This document shows, piece after piece, positions 39,850 to 50,956 of a stretch of DNA of 64,000 bases. The position numbers and the translations under genes are program-made. Source of the DNA: a virus; the IMG/VR virus record IMGVR_UViG_3300024983_000001, positions 64,001-128,000 of that record. One strand, given 5' to 3'. The stretch's first letter is position 1. Every line of letters starts with the position of its first letter. The notes beneath the pieces are model-generated. The model searched no databases. It saw only the letters and a list, made by a program, of their open reading frames with translations, and was not told the origin of the DNA.

Positions 39850-40776
39850 TTATAATGACCCTATTTGGGCACTTGGTGATCCACCTCTTGCTGTGCTCAA
39901 TGATGTTGATAACGTCGAGGATGTTTCATTGCTAAACAACAATGCATCAACCGATGCGACGTATGATGATGTTGCATAACCACCAGCAATATATCCCGAC
40001 AATGTGCTATTAACTGCACTACCGTAGGTCCGAATGGTAGATAATGTTGCGGAGATTGCTGCAAGCGTTTCTGTGTTGAACGTTAATGCGTTAATTTGAG
40101 TATATTTTGTTCCACCCGAATAACCACCCGCACTATAACCTTTTGTGGAGCTATTAAAACCTGCTTGCTGAGATTGGATCGATGGTAATGTTGCTGCCAA
40201 CGTTGCAGTGGTTTCTCCTGCAAACGTTAAAGCAGTAATTGCTGAAAATTGGAATCCTGCTGCATTCTCACCACCAAGCACGTACCCTTTTAATGAACTC
40301 TGGGCCGCCGCTGAGCACAGGCGAGCTGTTGCAACAGATGCTGCAATCCCGCGATCTGTGTCATTCGAAAAATTGATTCCGTCGATGCTACTCAAGTTAC
40401 TTGTTGAATAACCACTAGCAAAATATCCATACAATGAGCTATTCAATCCAGCACCATCTCTTCTGAATGTTGACAAAACAGCTGAAAGAACCGAATCTGT
40501 TTGTGTGTTAAAAACAAATTTATCAATTTGTTGGAGTGAGGCAGAGGATGTTCCAACCCGACCACCAGCAAAATATCCCGCCGATGCACTATTAACTCCC
40601 ATTGCACCCAATGTTGCGGTAACTGATGCAGCAGTAATAGAAACAGTATCATTGGAGAAGTCTAACTGGTCTATTGTTCCTGTTGATGTGATTCCTGTCC
40701 AACCCGATGCAAAAAAACCTGCACTTGCTGGAAATGTAAATGTTACCTTATATGGTTGTGTTACGATTAATGGCAT
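39850..40776 (-). CDS. beta-propeller (Kelch-like) virion protein
   Basis: About six repeats of NS...GY.AGG.....I..L.F..ET....ATL...R. Confidence 0.8.
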   Translation of the reverse strand: MPLIVTQPYKVTFTFPASAGFFASGWTGITSTGTIDQLDFSNDTVSITAASVTATLGAMGVNSASAGYFAGGRVGTSSASLQQIDKFVFNTQTDSVLSAVLSTFRRDGAGLNSSLYGYFASGYSTSNLSSIDGINFSNDTDRGIAASVATARLCSAAAQSSLKGYVLGGENAAGFQFSAITALTFAGETTATLAATLPSIQSQQAGFNSSTKGYSAGGYSGGTKYTQINALTFNTETLAAISATLSTIRTYGSAVNSTLSGYIAGGYATSSYVASVDALLFSNETSSTLSTSLSTARGGSPSAQIGSL

Positions 40777-40800
40777 GATGTTTTCCTTAAATAAATTATA

Positions 40801-41272
40801 TTAAACTGCAAGCGTTAGAGTTTCATTTGTAAATCCATTTGGTGGCGTTAATCCTGACCACGATTTCACAGACGTCCACAACGCCCCATTATCTGAATAT
40901 TGAAGGGTAAAAGCTGTTGGTGAGGCCGTTCCAAACAACACAGTCGAATACCAAATAATTTCTGCAACCGTCACAGGAAGCAAGAAATGATACCCAATCC
41001 ATTGCCCGACCGTAGAACCATTACTAATCCATCCATCATTTGATGTATTGTTGTTAACTGCTCTATCAGGAGTAAATGTACTGTAATAAGATGACGCTAT
41101 TGCTGTTTGTTCCCCCAGTCGTCTGATCTGGACCCCCAACTGTTCCATTAAACGCCAAATCTCCAAACAAGATTCCTGACCCAGAACCACTAAATGCATC
41201 AATATAAAGCCTCCAGTACGAATGAAGTAATGATGTGCTCTGTGAATAAGTTGGTAAGATGACAAATGGCAT
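40801..41272 (-). pseudogene. F5/8-discoidin-like adhesin frameshifted by a 4-bp duplication
   Basis: YWRLYI N-part and ASS...AV...WIGYHF...P..F.LQYSD...W C-part lie in different frames; TGTT duplicated at 41104-41111. Confidence 0.75.
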
Positions 41273-41372
41273 AATTTTCTCCATAGACTATATTATATTT
41301 ATGCTCGTTGACCCCTTCCCCATTTAATACGATAATACTAACTCCCATTAACCCTTATAAGGAACAACCCAA

Positions 41373-41597
41373 ATGGCTAAGTTTTATTCTATTGTTGTAG
41401 TGATGAAATCAGGAAGAACGCTCGTTGGTCAATTAAAGCCATATAACGAAGGAATGGTAGAGCATTACCGTAGGACATTCAAACTCATCGAAACCCACAT
41501 ATCGTATAATATTACAACTGTAGATGGAGAGGAGACATATTTTCTTATTGATAATATGGAAAGTATAGCTATTAAGATAACGGAAAAAGATGAGTAA
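41373..41597 (+). CDS. hypothetical protein
   Basis: Promoter at 41307; AAGGA RBS. Confidence 0.65.
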   Translation: MAKFYSIVVVMKSGRTLVGQLKPYNEGMVEHYRRTFKLIETHISYNITTVDGEETYFLIDNMESIAIKITEKDE

Positions 41598-41928
41598 CGA
41601 TTAGTAACGGTGTTCGGTGATAGCCGTTAATATCGTCCTGTATAACTATGTGATAATACGGGGATATTTTGGGGGGATTTAGGCCCGTGGAAACCCGCGA
41701 GAATAGTGGGTGTAAAATTGGAATAAAGGTAAAAAATTTATAACGTGCATATAGGGTCAACATTATGCCCCGAGGATACGGGGCATAATGTTGGCAATCC
41801 AAAATTATTCCCCCAAAATCATCCAAAATTATACCCTATTTCCACAATAGTGTCAACTGTTACCCTAAAACAGTGCCCCACTATTTCTGCGGAATTCATC
41901 ATTTTCTCCCTTAGGCGCTTAACAATTT

Positions 41929-42150
41929 TTATCCAAAATACAGCATTGTCAGTCCCAATATCATGATTGGTGGTATTGATTGTGTTTCTGTTACCCAAAT
42001 TGACAGTACATCCTTGACTGTCATCTCCTTATACTCTAGTGAACTCTTGGTCCAACGGTACAGAATAGTTGTACCCAATATTTGTATGTATAGTAGGCAG
42101 AACACTACCAATAGTGCTCCACCCGCTTGGATGAATGTTAGGTTACCCAT
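41929..42150 (-). CDS. small membrane protein
   Basis: Two hydrophobic segments. Confidence 0.5.
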   Translation of the reverse strand: MGNLTFIQAGGALLVVFCLLYIQILGTTILYRWTKSSLEYKEMTVKDVLSIWVTETQSIPPIMILGLTMLYFG

Positions 42151-42560
42151 TATTGACCTTTTCCAATATATCCCACATCGAGCTTCTGTAGTTTAATATA
42201 GAATAGTTTATAAGCCATATCAGCAAATTCGTTTAATACATTCTCACCAACATTGAGGCATAGTTGATAGACCCCAAACGAACTTGCTATGTGAGATAGA
42301 TAATCACTGATGATATTATGTTTACGCACAGTGTGTTCGCGTGCAAGTAACATCGACTCCATGCATTGTTCACGAATGATATAGATTTGTTCATCAGTTA
42401 GTCCATATTTGGAAAGGCGGGAAGTGACGACGGTTGCATTGAACTTTGGTAGTCGGAGGGTATCATGACCCCAGAACCAATTGTTGAATTTGTCCATGAG
42501 AGTTAGTTTAGAATTCCCCCAAACAATATCGACAATATCCTGTGCATTAGATGAAAGCAT
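42150..42560 (-). CDS. hypothetical protein
   Basis: Promoter at 42593-42621. Confidence 0.6.
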   Translation of the reverse strand: MLSSNAQDIVDIVWGNSKLTLMDKFNNWFWGHDTLRLPKFNATVVTSRLSKYGLTDEQIYIIREQCMESMLLAREHTVRKHNIISDYLSHIASSFGVYQLCLNVGENVLNEFADMAYKLFYIKLQKLDVGYIGKGQ

Positions 42561-42627
42561 TTTGGGTTACCAATTGAATTGTAATGATGAGTATTATACA
42601 GGATAGTTGAGAAATGTCAACTGGATA

Positions 42628-42754
42628 TTACTAGTAAAGTTAAAGGCGGGGACGGTGCGGTGGGGTTTTGAAAGTTGGGGACGGGATGACCCAAAATGGT
42701 ATTAGGGTCAAATTACTAGTAATACGATATAGGGTCATATTACTAGTAATAGGG
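42628..42754. repeat. TTACTAGTAA palindrome x3 with a 27-bp-period TAGGGTCAWATTACTAGTAAT repeat
   Basis: Palindromes at 42628, 42713, 42740; a further copy at 59061. Confidence 0.75.
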
Positions 42755-43237
42755 TTACTCTCGGTTGTGGTTGACCACATAGAACTCCGATAAGTCATCC
42801 TCTAGGAAGATGTGTTCACGCTTATCGGGAGCGTTGCCTGCTGAATAGAAGTCAATCAGTTCAGCCTTACGCTTATGTTTTTCCATTCCTCGAACAATCT
42901 TTTCGTAATAGTCGGGGAGAATTGTTTCAACAAACTGTGCCCCAATTGTGAGCGTTTCTTGGGCGATGTTGTCAGTCTCCTGTGATGGAGTCATAACAGC
43001 ATTGGTTCTGTTTGTGTTGAGTTCTAAGGTACCCTGGGGAGTGGTAGGTTGGGCAGTTGTTAAATCAACTCCTGTACAATCGTACTCATGAACCCACAAC
43101 ATCTCAATAAAGAGTTGGAGAGATTGGTCCAAAGTTACCTCGGGGAATTCTTCCACGTGGAATGCGTGTATAAACAACAATCCAGCCCACTGTTCATGCG
43201 TAAAATAATCTAAATAATTTTTGTAAAATTCGCTCAA
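42755..43237 (-). CDS. acidic hypothetical protein
   Basis: TTG start after GGAGG. Confidence 0.65.
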   Translation of the reverse strand: MSEFYKNYLDYFTHEQWAGLLFIHAFHVEEFPEVTLDQSLQLFIEMLWVHEYDCTGVDLTTAQPTTPQGTLELNTNRTNAVMTPSQETDNIAQETLTIGAQFVETILPDYYEKIVRGMEKHKRKAELIDFYSAGNAPDKREHIFLEDDLSEFYVVNHNRE

Positions 43238-44238
43238 AATCGACCTCCACTGTTTCTGCGGGTTTTCACGGCATCTAAACCCTTGTTTTTACAGGGATTT
43301 TCCAAAATTCTGGAAATTTTAACCCCACTGTTTGTGCGGGTTTCCACTGCATTGTAACTCCTTGATACCAAAAGGAAATTATTGACCCTAACACCGCATG
43401 AATAGTGGTGTGTACCACTATCCGCACCGCATGTTTATTGGGTTTTAACCCTATTTTTTCAGGGTCAAACCGCGCGTTTGGGTAACAAAACACCCACTAT
43501 TCATGCGGGTTTTACGGGATTTTGGACAGCAAAAATCCCTGTAACTTCAAGTATTTATACACGAAGCTATCCCCCGCACCAATAGTGCGATTCAACGGTG
43601 AATTAAACCTTACAAATCAATAGGTTACATCGGTCTAAACCCTATAAAAACACGGAGTCTCATACTATAATTTTCTCATTATTTGGGGTCAAAGTCAACG
43701 ATTTTCCAAAATTGTTTTTTCCATACAGCATATTATACCAATAGTCAACAGGAAAATTTTCTTACTACAATTTTGGATAGAAGACAACAGTCCAAACCCA
43801 AAATTATTTTATCGTGAATTGAGCCGCACTATATGTGGGATTTGGTCAATGTTGGGAACCGTCTAGAATCGTCTAGGAACGGTTGAAGGAAGGTTTGGGT
43901 AGTGATGAGTGGGGGACGATTTTGGTCGGCTTATAAACGGTTACGAGAACGTTATCCGCTGCCGCCGTCCACCCCCCTCTGTTCGACAATTTCATTATAC
44001 AGAATTGGGGTCAAAGGTCAACAGTTAGGGTCAAAAAGTTTGGATTATTTTAAGGTGTGTACCTACTTCGAATCCCCATAGTTCCCCCACCCCTCCACTC
44101 TTCCACAAAATTTGTGCGGCCGCACATCTCTCGTAGTTTTGGTTCTTGGGGCCGAAGGCTCACACTCTTACGGTGGATCGCCTCAGATTGTTGCTGTTTG
44201 AAACTGTGAGGCTATTGTCTCACAGTTGGGGTAAGATG

Positions 44239-47200
44239 TCAACGATCGGCGGGCCAGACAAGATGTCCAGCTTTTGTGAACACCATCCCCGTACACCTCA
44301 CTATTGCGTTATCGGGTTTGGCAGCATTCCACTTATCGAGATGTTCTGCCATCGTATCAGAATGGCTGGTGAACTGGTATGGGAGATAATAATCCCCCAC
44401 CCAGTATTCAGTTTTCCAGAAAGGAATATTGGGTCCGTCTTCGAACGGATCAATCCACGTATTCATTTGTAGTTCTTGCGAATATGATCCCACAGGTCCT
44501 GGCAGGAGTCGGCATGTTCGAGGATGTAATCAGCAACATCATCCACCCAACCATCCTCATCGTACAGTTCCTCGATCCCAATTTTGTTTGCGAGTTCGAG
44601 AAGATTGTAGGTTAACAGAATCGACATTCCGTCGAGGAAAGAAAGTGTTTGCTCGTCAGTGACATTTGCGTCCGCCCAATCGTACTTGTCGTCTTTGTCG
44701 GTTTCATCCATTGGTAGGGTGTAACGAGCCTGATTGATAACATGGTCTTTTGTACCTTGCCTACAACGGCAGCGATGAGCTGCGTAACTTGATCAGATGA
44801 CATTCTTGTTTCCTTTAATCATATTCGGGGTGAGGAACTGCAGGACCTTTGTAAAATGGATTGGGATACCACGCATCACGATCGGAGAGAATCCAAGCGT
44901 GATCTGGATTATCGCGTCCAACATAATGAGCCCATTCTCTATCAGCTTCTGCTTCGGATGCCAGATAAGTCTCTTCGTAATAATCGTCAAACATTTTTCA
45001 CTCCATTGCTGCAGAATGGTCAGTTTACAACAATTGGGTTAAAGGTCAACCAATCAATCTTGTTTTGCAACCTGATGGTCCAGGCAGGCGATGAGATCGT
45101 CTCTGATGCGTTCCAGCTCTTCCACACTGGCTTGGAGGAATTTGGCCGAGATGCGATTTGGCATCAATTCTGAGTTTGCCCACGCAGCTGCAACAGCACG
45201 TTTTTGCTCGATCGTTCTTTCGAGGTTATCGATGATGGTTTCAATATTCATTAATATGTCTCCGTTTAATTAGGGTAAACTATCTCACGGTTTGTTGAAA
45301 AGGTCAACACACCTAACATAAATACATGAAACAATTGGAGGCTGTATGAAACTAAAAGACATTTTGAAAGAAGGACGCGACGATTATGTTGGCGTCGAAT
45401 TTGAATGGGAAGACCCATCAAACGAATACGAACCACATATGATTGATATCACACTTCGTGTGAGAGAGACAACGGATTGTTACGGAACTGGGGACAGCCC
45501 AGCGTGTTATGACGTAGACGTTGATTCAGCTGTGTTCAAAGAGAACGGTCAACCGTTCAACATGAAGTTGTTGACTCCCAAAGAACGTAAGTGGATCGAA
45601 CAACAGGCGATTGAAAAGTTCAACCGCTAACACGCCCTACTGGTTGGTTAGGCTGTTGAGCTTCCAAAGCTTTTGCTGTCAACCGATCCAACGTGTGTAG
45701 TGTTTGGAAGTAGATGATGAGTTCCATTGGAAGGCCGAAATATCGGCCTTCCGTTATTACACGCCCGTAGCCCGCAGCGTCTGGCTCAGTTACGAACTTC
45801 AGATCCATGTTTAGTGCACCCAAACAATGTAGTGGATGAAAATGAAATCGATCAGGAGTGCTTCAATAATCACAAAAATGAATGCACTTCCACCCCCAGC
45901 TTTCGTGTCGTTTACGGGTGCAAAACATATGGCACCTGCAACAAGGGACAAAAATAACCAAATGATTGCCTTTAATATGAAGGTGCCCACTGCACTAACA
46001 CTGATAATCATTTGAGGTTGTCCTGTTGTTTGTGGAGATCAACGATCTGACGGATCAGTTCGTTGTAACTTGCTGAACCAATCCCCCTACGCTCTGTATG
46101 AATAAGGCACACATCATCCGGCTCGTCACGAAACATGTAGCAGTGTCCACCTTCCGGGCGGGCTTTGTGACCACACATTTCGCAGTTGTTGGGATTGCTC
46201 ATATCACCTCCGTTATAAAATTGGCGTTACACTCGTTCACCGAGTAATGCTCCACTAGATGTGGAGCACCGCCGAAACTGTTAGGACAACAACACCACAC
46301 GCCGAACATCAGCGTCTTCGTCAGAGTCGTTGTCATCGGCAACTTTATCCATGTTGTGATAATCGGAGTAGGTCACTTCTTTCATGCGTACCTTCTCCAC
46401 ATCTTCAGCAACGGTTGTCTTCCAATAATCACCGTAGTTGTAAGCAAACTTGACTTCCATTTCAGGGTTGAAGTGCTGCAGTTGTTCAATCAGTTGTGCA
46501 ACTTTCATTTGTTCGCTCCTTGTTTAACTGAAGGCCACTATATCGTAGTTGGGGTCAAAAGTCAACGACTGTCTTTATGGCAAGGGCACTCGGGATCTTT
46601 GATCTCTTGCATCTCTTCCCACCAACCAGCATCACTCATGCCACCGAAGGTGAAATACTCTTGTTGCTGACCACACTTGAGGCAGAAGCGCCGAAAAGGA
46701 TTCCGTTCATCCCTCCGGTACTTGGATTTGAACAAATTCAAAAGCCAGTCAATCATTTTGACTTCCGTACATCTTTGGTTTGAGCAGCAAGAAGCACTGC
46801 AAGCAGATTAGATCGTGCTTCACACGCTTCGAGAAGCTCTTTGGCTTCATCATCATCGACAAATTCATCTGCAGCGGCGAATCGGTCAGCGTTGTTGACT
46901 TCAATCAACTCGTTAATGATTTCGTCGAGCTGTGTGCTCGTGAGATTCACCGTAATGAGATCATCTTCAGGCTCATTGAGCAGCCCAAAGTATTCGGCCG
47001 CAGCATATGCTGCATCTTCGGGCAGCTCATACATAAGACCATCCCCACCATGGTTGATAGCGTCTTCGTCAGCATCAGTATCCACAAAAAACCAACCTTC
47101 GTTGAGATCCTTGCTGGTTACGATGATATGGTTGCGGTCGAGCGCTTCAAAAATATCAACTGCTTTGGTCATTTGGTTTCCTTTGGAAGGCGGTTATAAT

Positions 47201-47423
47201 CAAAACAAAATCGTTTGAATGCCAGGTAACCCTCGATGAAGTTACGGCGATATTCCTTTTGGTGCACATACATCTTGCGCCCATTAGGTTGTACAAAGAA
47301 GCATTTGCGGTAGATTCTCATCGTTTGTTCCGCGAACGTCAACGCTCCTTCAAGCCCATCACGATTGAACACAAATTCCAATCGAGCTTGTTCGACACCA
47401 TAACGGTTGGGCAGAGTAGTCAT
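44239..47423 (-). other. early small-gene cassettes (44463..44711, 45054..45251, 46008..46202, 46281..46508, 46562..46756, 46753..47172, 47169..47423 and others)
   Basis: Short ORFs with RBSs behind the repeated promoter. Confidence 0.65.
45346..45630 (+). CDS. late protein (MKLKDILKE), putative internal head protein
   Basis: CATAAATA at 45317; GGAGG RBS; antisense to its neighbours. Confidence 0.75.
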   Translation: MKLKDILKEGRDDYVGVEFEWEDPSNEYEPHMIDITLRVRETTDCYGTGDSPACYDVDVDSAVFKENGQPFNMKLLTPKERKWIEQQAIEKFNR

Positions 47424-47479
47424 CTATTTCTCCTAATTCAGAAATCACATCATACATTAAATTGGGGAAAAGTCAACAA

Positions 47480-47731
47480 CTACAGGATCCTGTCCAACAT
47501 TTTAATGCGAGGAGGTGCATCATGCTGCGATTGGCACGAGACACAATACTCACACTTCATCTGTTTGTTGATGGCGAATTGCCGCCTGGCTTCCGGAATT
47601 TCATCTCCGCACGCTCGGCAATGTGTCAGCACCTGGCCGATCAACATTGCTTGTGAAGCACGAACACCATTTTCCGCAAAGATGAGCGCGTGCTCACTCT
47701 CTGCATCCGGATTACCAATATATCCACTCAT
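47480..47731 (-). CDS. DksA/TraR C4 zinc-finger protein
   Basis: C..CG.EIPEARR......C.YCV.CQ. Confidence 0.85.
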   Translation of the reverse strand: MSGYIGNPDAESEHALIFAENGVRASQAMLIGQVLTHCRACGDEIPEARRQFAINKQMKCEYCVSCQSQHDAPPRIKMLDRIL

Positions 47732-47787
47732 GTTTCAGTCACACCAAAATTACAGGAACCTCATTCTAACAGATGACTGTTACAAAG

Positions 47788-48612
47788 TCAACTGTAGCCA
47801 CCCCCATTACCAGGCAAGCCCCAGTTGGATCGCTTCATCGTCGCATTGATACGCGTCTGCGCCTGCTCAATAATTGGCGATTTGTTTTCAGCAGGTTTCG
47901 GCTCAGCTTCGACCATATAGAACGCGTCGCGAGCAACGGACAGAGTGTCAAGAGCCGATTGAAGCGAATTCATCCAATCACGCTCGCCATCGCAGCAATC
48001 ATCGCCGTGTTGTTTGCTTTGAGAAGCGATATGTCGCTTCAGATGGTTGATTTGACGATACAGCTCACCAGTTGTATCTTCGAGTTGCGTCAGGGATAGG
48101 AACACAGGCACTTTATACATTTTAGTGCACCGACATCGTATCGTTATCGATGTAGAACGCTTTATCACTCGGTTCCGCTAAAGTTACCACATCACTGTTT
48201 GATTGTCCTGTGTGGACATATACCACACTCGGGATTTGATAGATATCATCCATTCCCATCATTTGAAACAGGTCGTCTGTCGAATCGTCACGCATTATAA
48301 CACCTCCACTTTGGATTGATGAACCACAAATGTGTAGAGCATCCGTTGTTTTGGATTGCCCGATTTGAAACCAATGAAACCATTTTCGAGAAAGTCTTTT
48401 TCGATTACGTTCAACTGGCATGCTTGGTTGTGACATTTTACAGCATCGAAAGCAATGTCTTCTACCATAAACAATTGATCCATCGAAGCCTCGAAGGGGG
48501 TGGATTTGCAGAACATTCCGTTCGCTGTCTCCACCAAGGTGAGAAGGAACCCTTTGGTTCCTGCTTTAACACTGAATGCACGCATCTTGTTTCCGGTATT
48601 CGTTGTTGACAA
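47788..48612 (-). other. three small early genes
   Basis: Coupled ORFs behind the promoter at 48617-48646. Confidence 0.55.
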
Positions 48613-48646
48613 TGCTTATTATACCCAAAAGAGAACGAAGGTCAAC

Positions 48647-48674
48647 AAAAAAGCCGACATGATGTCGGCTTTTT
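48647..48674 (-). terminator. intrinsic terminator
   Basis: aaaaaagccgaca-tga-tgtcggcttttt. Confidence 0.85.
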
Positions 48675-48692
48675 AACCAGGCGAGGAACGAA

Positions 48693-48971
48693 TTACATCC
48701 GTTTACCTTTGGGCTCTGCAACCACATAGTCGGGTAGTGCATCGAGCATGTTCTTCGAACGAGTCGTCAGCGCACCAGATTTGGCCATTTCGCGAATTTC
48801 ACGGTTCAGGCGCAGAATTGCCACACGGGCACCCTTGCGGGATTTGTACAGCTTGGCATCTTCGGTGAAGCTGGTCACTTCCGACGGGCTGGTACCAGCC
48901 ATCAGGTTGCCGTGAACGGTCTTACCGTTGATTTTGAACTGCTTCGAATTTGCATTCTTGATAACAAACAT
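48693..48971 (-). CDS. small basic protein
   Basis: AAGGAG RBS; own promoter and terminator. Confidence 0.75.
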   Translation of the reverse strand: MFVIKNANSKQFKINGKTVHGNLMAGTSPSEVTSFTEDAKLYKSRKGARVAILRLNREIREMAKSGALTTRSKNMLDALPDYVVAEPKGKRM

Positions 48972-49039
48972 GTTGATTCTCCTTACAAAGTTTAACTACG
49001 GAAAAAAACATCTCACTACAAAAAACATTATACCCAATT

Positions 49040-49396
49040 TTAAGTCAATGTCAACCCTGTTGCAGCAAAAAACATCTTCTTGTTACGCACAGCTTGTTCA
49101 TATACAGCATCTTCAAGTGCTGTTGACAACTGTAACTCGTCCGTTGCTTCAATCGGTAAAGACCAAATCAACATAGAGAAGTCCTCGTCTGTAATCACTT
49201 CGGACTCACGAATCGGATTGTTGACGTAGTTGAGGTAAACACCCCCACTCGGTTCCGCTCCAAAGACAAGCAGTTTGATACCAACTTGCCCAGGAAGCGT
49301 TCCCCACAATTCGATGTCAACATGAACCGAATCTGTTCGAAGAGTGTTCCGCTTGATACGGATCTTACTCTTCTTCGTGTTGACAACAGTTTTCAT
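49040..49396 (-). CDS. hypothetical protein
   Basis: ORF within operon. Confidence 0.55.
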   Translation of the reverse strand: MKTVVNTKKSKIRIKRNTLRTDSVHVDIELWGTLPGQVGIKLLVFGAEPSGGVYLNYVNNPIRESEVITDEDFSMLIWSLPIEATDELQLSTALEDAVYEQAVRNKKMFFAATGLTLT

Positions 49397-49397
49397 G

Positions 49398-49808
49398 TTA
49401 CCGCGTAAAAGCGTACACAACCAAACCAGTCAGGACAACGCATCCGACCATGAAAAACTTTGCGAGTTCTTTGTACTTCTTTTTGCTGGCGGTTTGCAAG
49501 CGAAGATCCCACATCGTTTTGAAAATCATGCCTTCGTACATCATCATCACAGTACCAGGATCTTGCGTGGCACGTTCCAGTTGTGCAAACTGGGTACAAA
49601 GTTCCGTTGCCATGTTGTATTTTTCAGGCAAGTTGTGGTCATCTTTGAGATCGAGCTCTTTGAGAGTACCAACATTGCCATCATAATGATCCATCGAAGC
49701 AGCGATCTGCAACAAGCGGTTGACATTTGGATAGACATAGTCTCCATCCAGACGATCACCGTTGTCATCTTCGTAGTCTTCGTCGTAATTTTCGTCAGCG
49801 TAGCTCAT
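49398..49808 (-). CDS. acidic protein with C-terminal TM anchor
   Basis: AAGGA RBS; hydrophobic tail. Confidence 0.7.
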   Translation of the reverse strand: MSYADENYDEDYEDDNGDRLDGDYVYPNVNRLLQIAASMDHYDGNVGTLKELDLKDDHNLPEKYNMATELCTQFAQLERATQDPGTVMMMYEGMIFKTMWDLRLQTASKKKYKELAKFFMVGCVVLTGLVVYAFTR

Positions 49809-49861
49809 GTATATTTCCTTTTAACCGTTTGAAATGGGTGGGATTTCTCCCACCCAACTAA

Positions 49862-50956
49862 TCAGCTCAACTTGCCGAAAAACGCAACTTCAGGGTCACT
49901 GAAAGACGACACAATCGGCGCATTTACATCGGTGCGATTCAGACGCGCATTACGCTTGTCACCATCAAACACCAGCGAATTGGCCATCTTTTGAAGCGCA
50001 GTATTGCTGGACGTTGCGACTTCTTTGGTGTGAGAGAACATCTCAGTCACCAGATTCCACGCGTCAAACAAGCTCAGGTGACCTGCGAGTTGAGCACCCA
50101 GATTTTTGTCTTCAAACGCACTCGCTTTGTAGTGGTTGTGAAGATGAATCTCCGGATTCGCGATATTGTTGATATTGCGCAGCGTTTTGCGAGTTTCCTC
50201 GAGTTTATCGAGAGAACCGAAGTCAACAACATCCAGCTCAAGCAGACGGTTTTCTGCGTGGTTTGCAACCAGTTGCAGTTCCGCAACACTTGCGTGTTCA
50301 CGACCCATCTGGCGAAGACGCGCAGAAACAGTAGCGTTCACTTTGTTCTGGATTTGACGCGAAGCGATTTCCAAGTGCTCTTCCCAACGGTTAACGACGG
50401 GGATACGCGCGTTGAAGATATCGTTCGAACCAACCATACCATTCGTGCAAATCAAGCGAACCAGCTCAAAAACACCACGTACGTACTGATGGTAGGGATT
50501 CCAGTCATAGTGCAGGTTAGACGTGAATGCGCCACCTTCTTGGTAACCTTCAACCTGAATGTCCTGCTGATTCCAGCGATTCGACAGGATGATTCCGCCA
50601 GGAGTAGTGGTCGAACCGAAACGACGTTTGGTCGATTCGTGAACACCGATGTTTTCCATCAGCGCATCAATGTTGGCATCAGAGTGAACGAAGCCGTTGT
50701 ATTGAGCGTCACGGAAGTCGATCAGCTGTTCGTTGATGAAGAAGAAACTACCGCCGTTCAGACGAGCCTGCAGATCTGCGGGAGACATCGTCTCAAGTGC
50801 CTTGGACACACGCGAGTTCTTGTCGAAGGTGTGTTGATGATCACCAACAAACACGCGAGCTTGATGATGAACACGACGCTTGGAATCGGTCGTTTCGACC
50901 ACTTCCAGTTTGACTTTGGCGTCACGAATCATGTCATACTTAAATTCTTTTTCCAT
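49862..50956 (-). CDS. DUF932-like protein
   Basis: RLICTNGM motif; terminal SLFDAWNLVTE..SH. Confidence 0.7.
   Translation of the reverse strand: MEKEFKYDMIRDAKVKLEVVETTDSKRRVHHQARVFVGDHQHTFDKNSRVSKALETMSPADLQARLNGGSFFFINEQLIDFRDAQYNGFVHSDANIDALMENIGVHESTKRRFGSTTTPGGIILSNRWNQQDIQVEGYQEGGAFTSNLHYDWNPYHQYVRGVFELVRLICTNGMVGSNDIFNARIPVVNRWEEHLEIASRQIQNKVNATVSARLRQMGREHASVAELQLVANHAENRLLELDVVDFGSLDKLEETRKTLRNINNIANPEIHLHNHYKASAFEDKNLGAQLAGHLSLFDAWNLVTEMFSHTKEVATSSNTALQKMANSLVFDGDKRNARLNRTDVNAPIVSSFSDPEVAFFGKLS

Larger units (their letters stand above)
41695..43838. repeat. dispersed CCAC-N7-GCGG iteron-like sites (7 exact, 2 with one mismatch)
   Basis: Exact: 41695(-), 41878(+), 43247(+), 43325(+), 43394(-), 43494(+), 43824(-); near: 43427(-), 43574(-). 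Confidence 0.8.

Noticed and set aside
43275-43493. 72-aa ORF in the repeat region (also 41572..41826)
   Set aside because: No RBS, and it is made largely of the repeat motifs; probably spurious.
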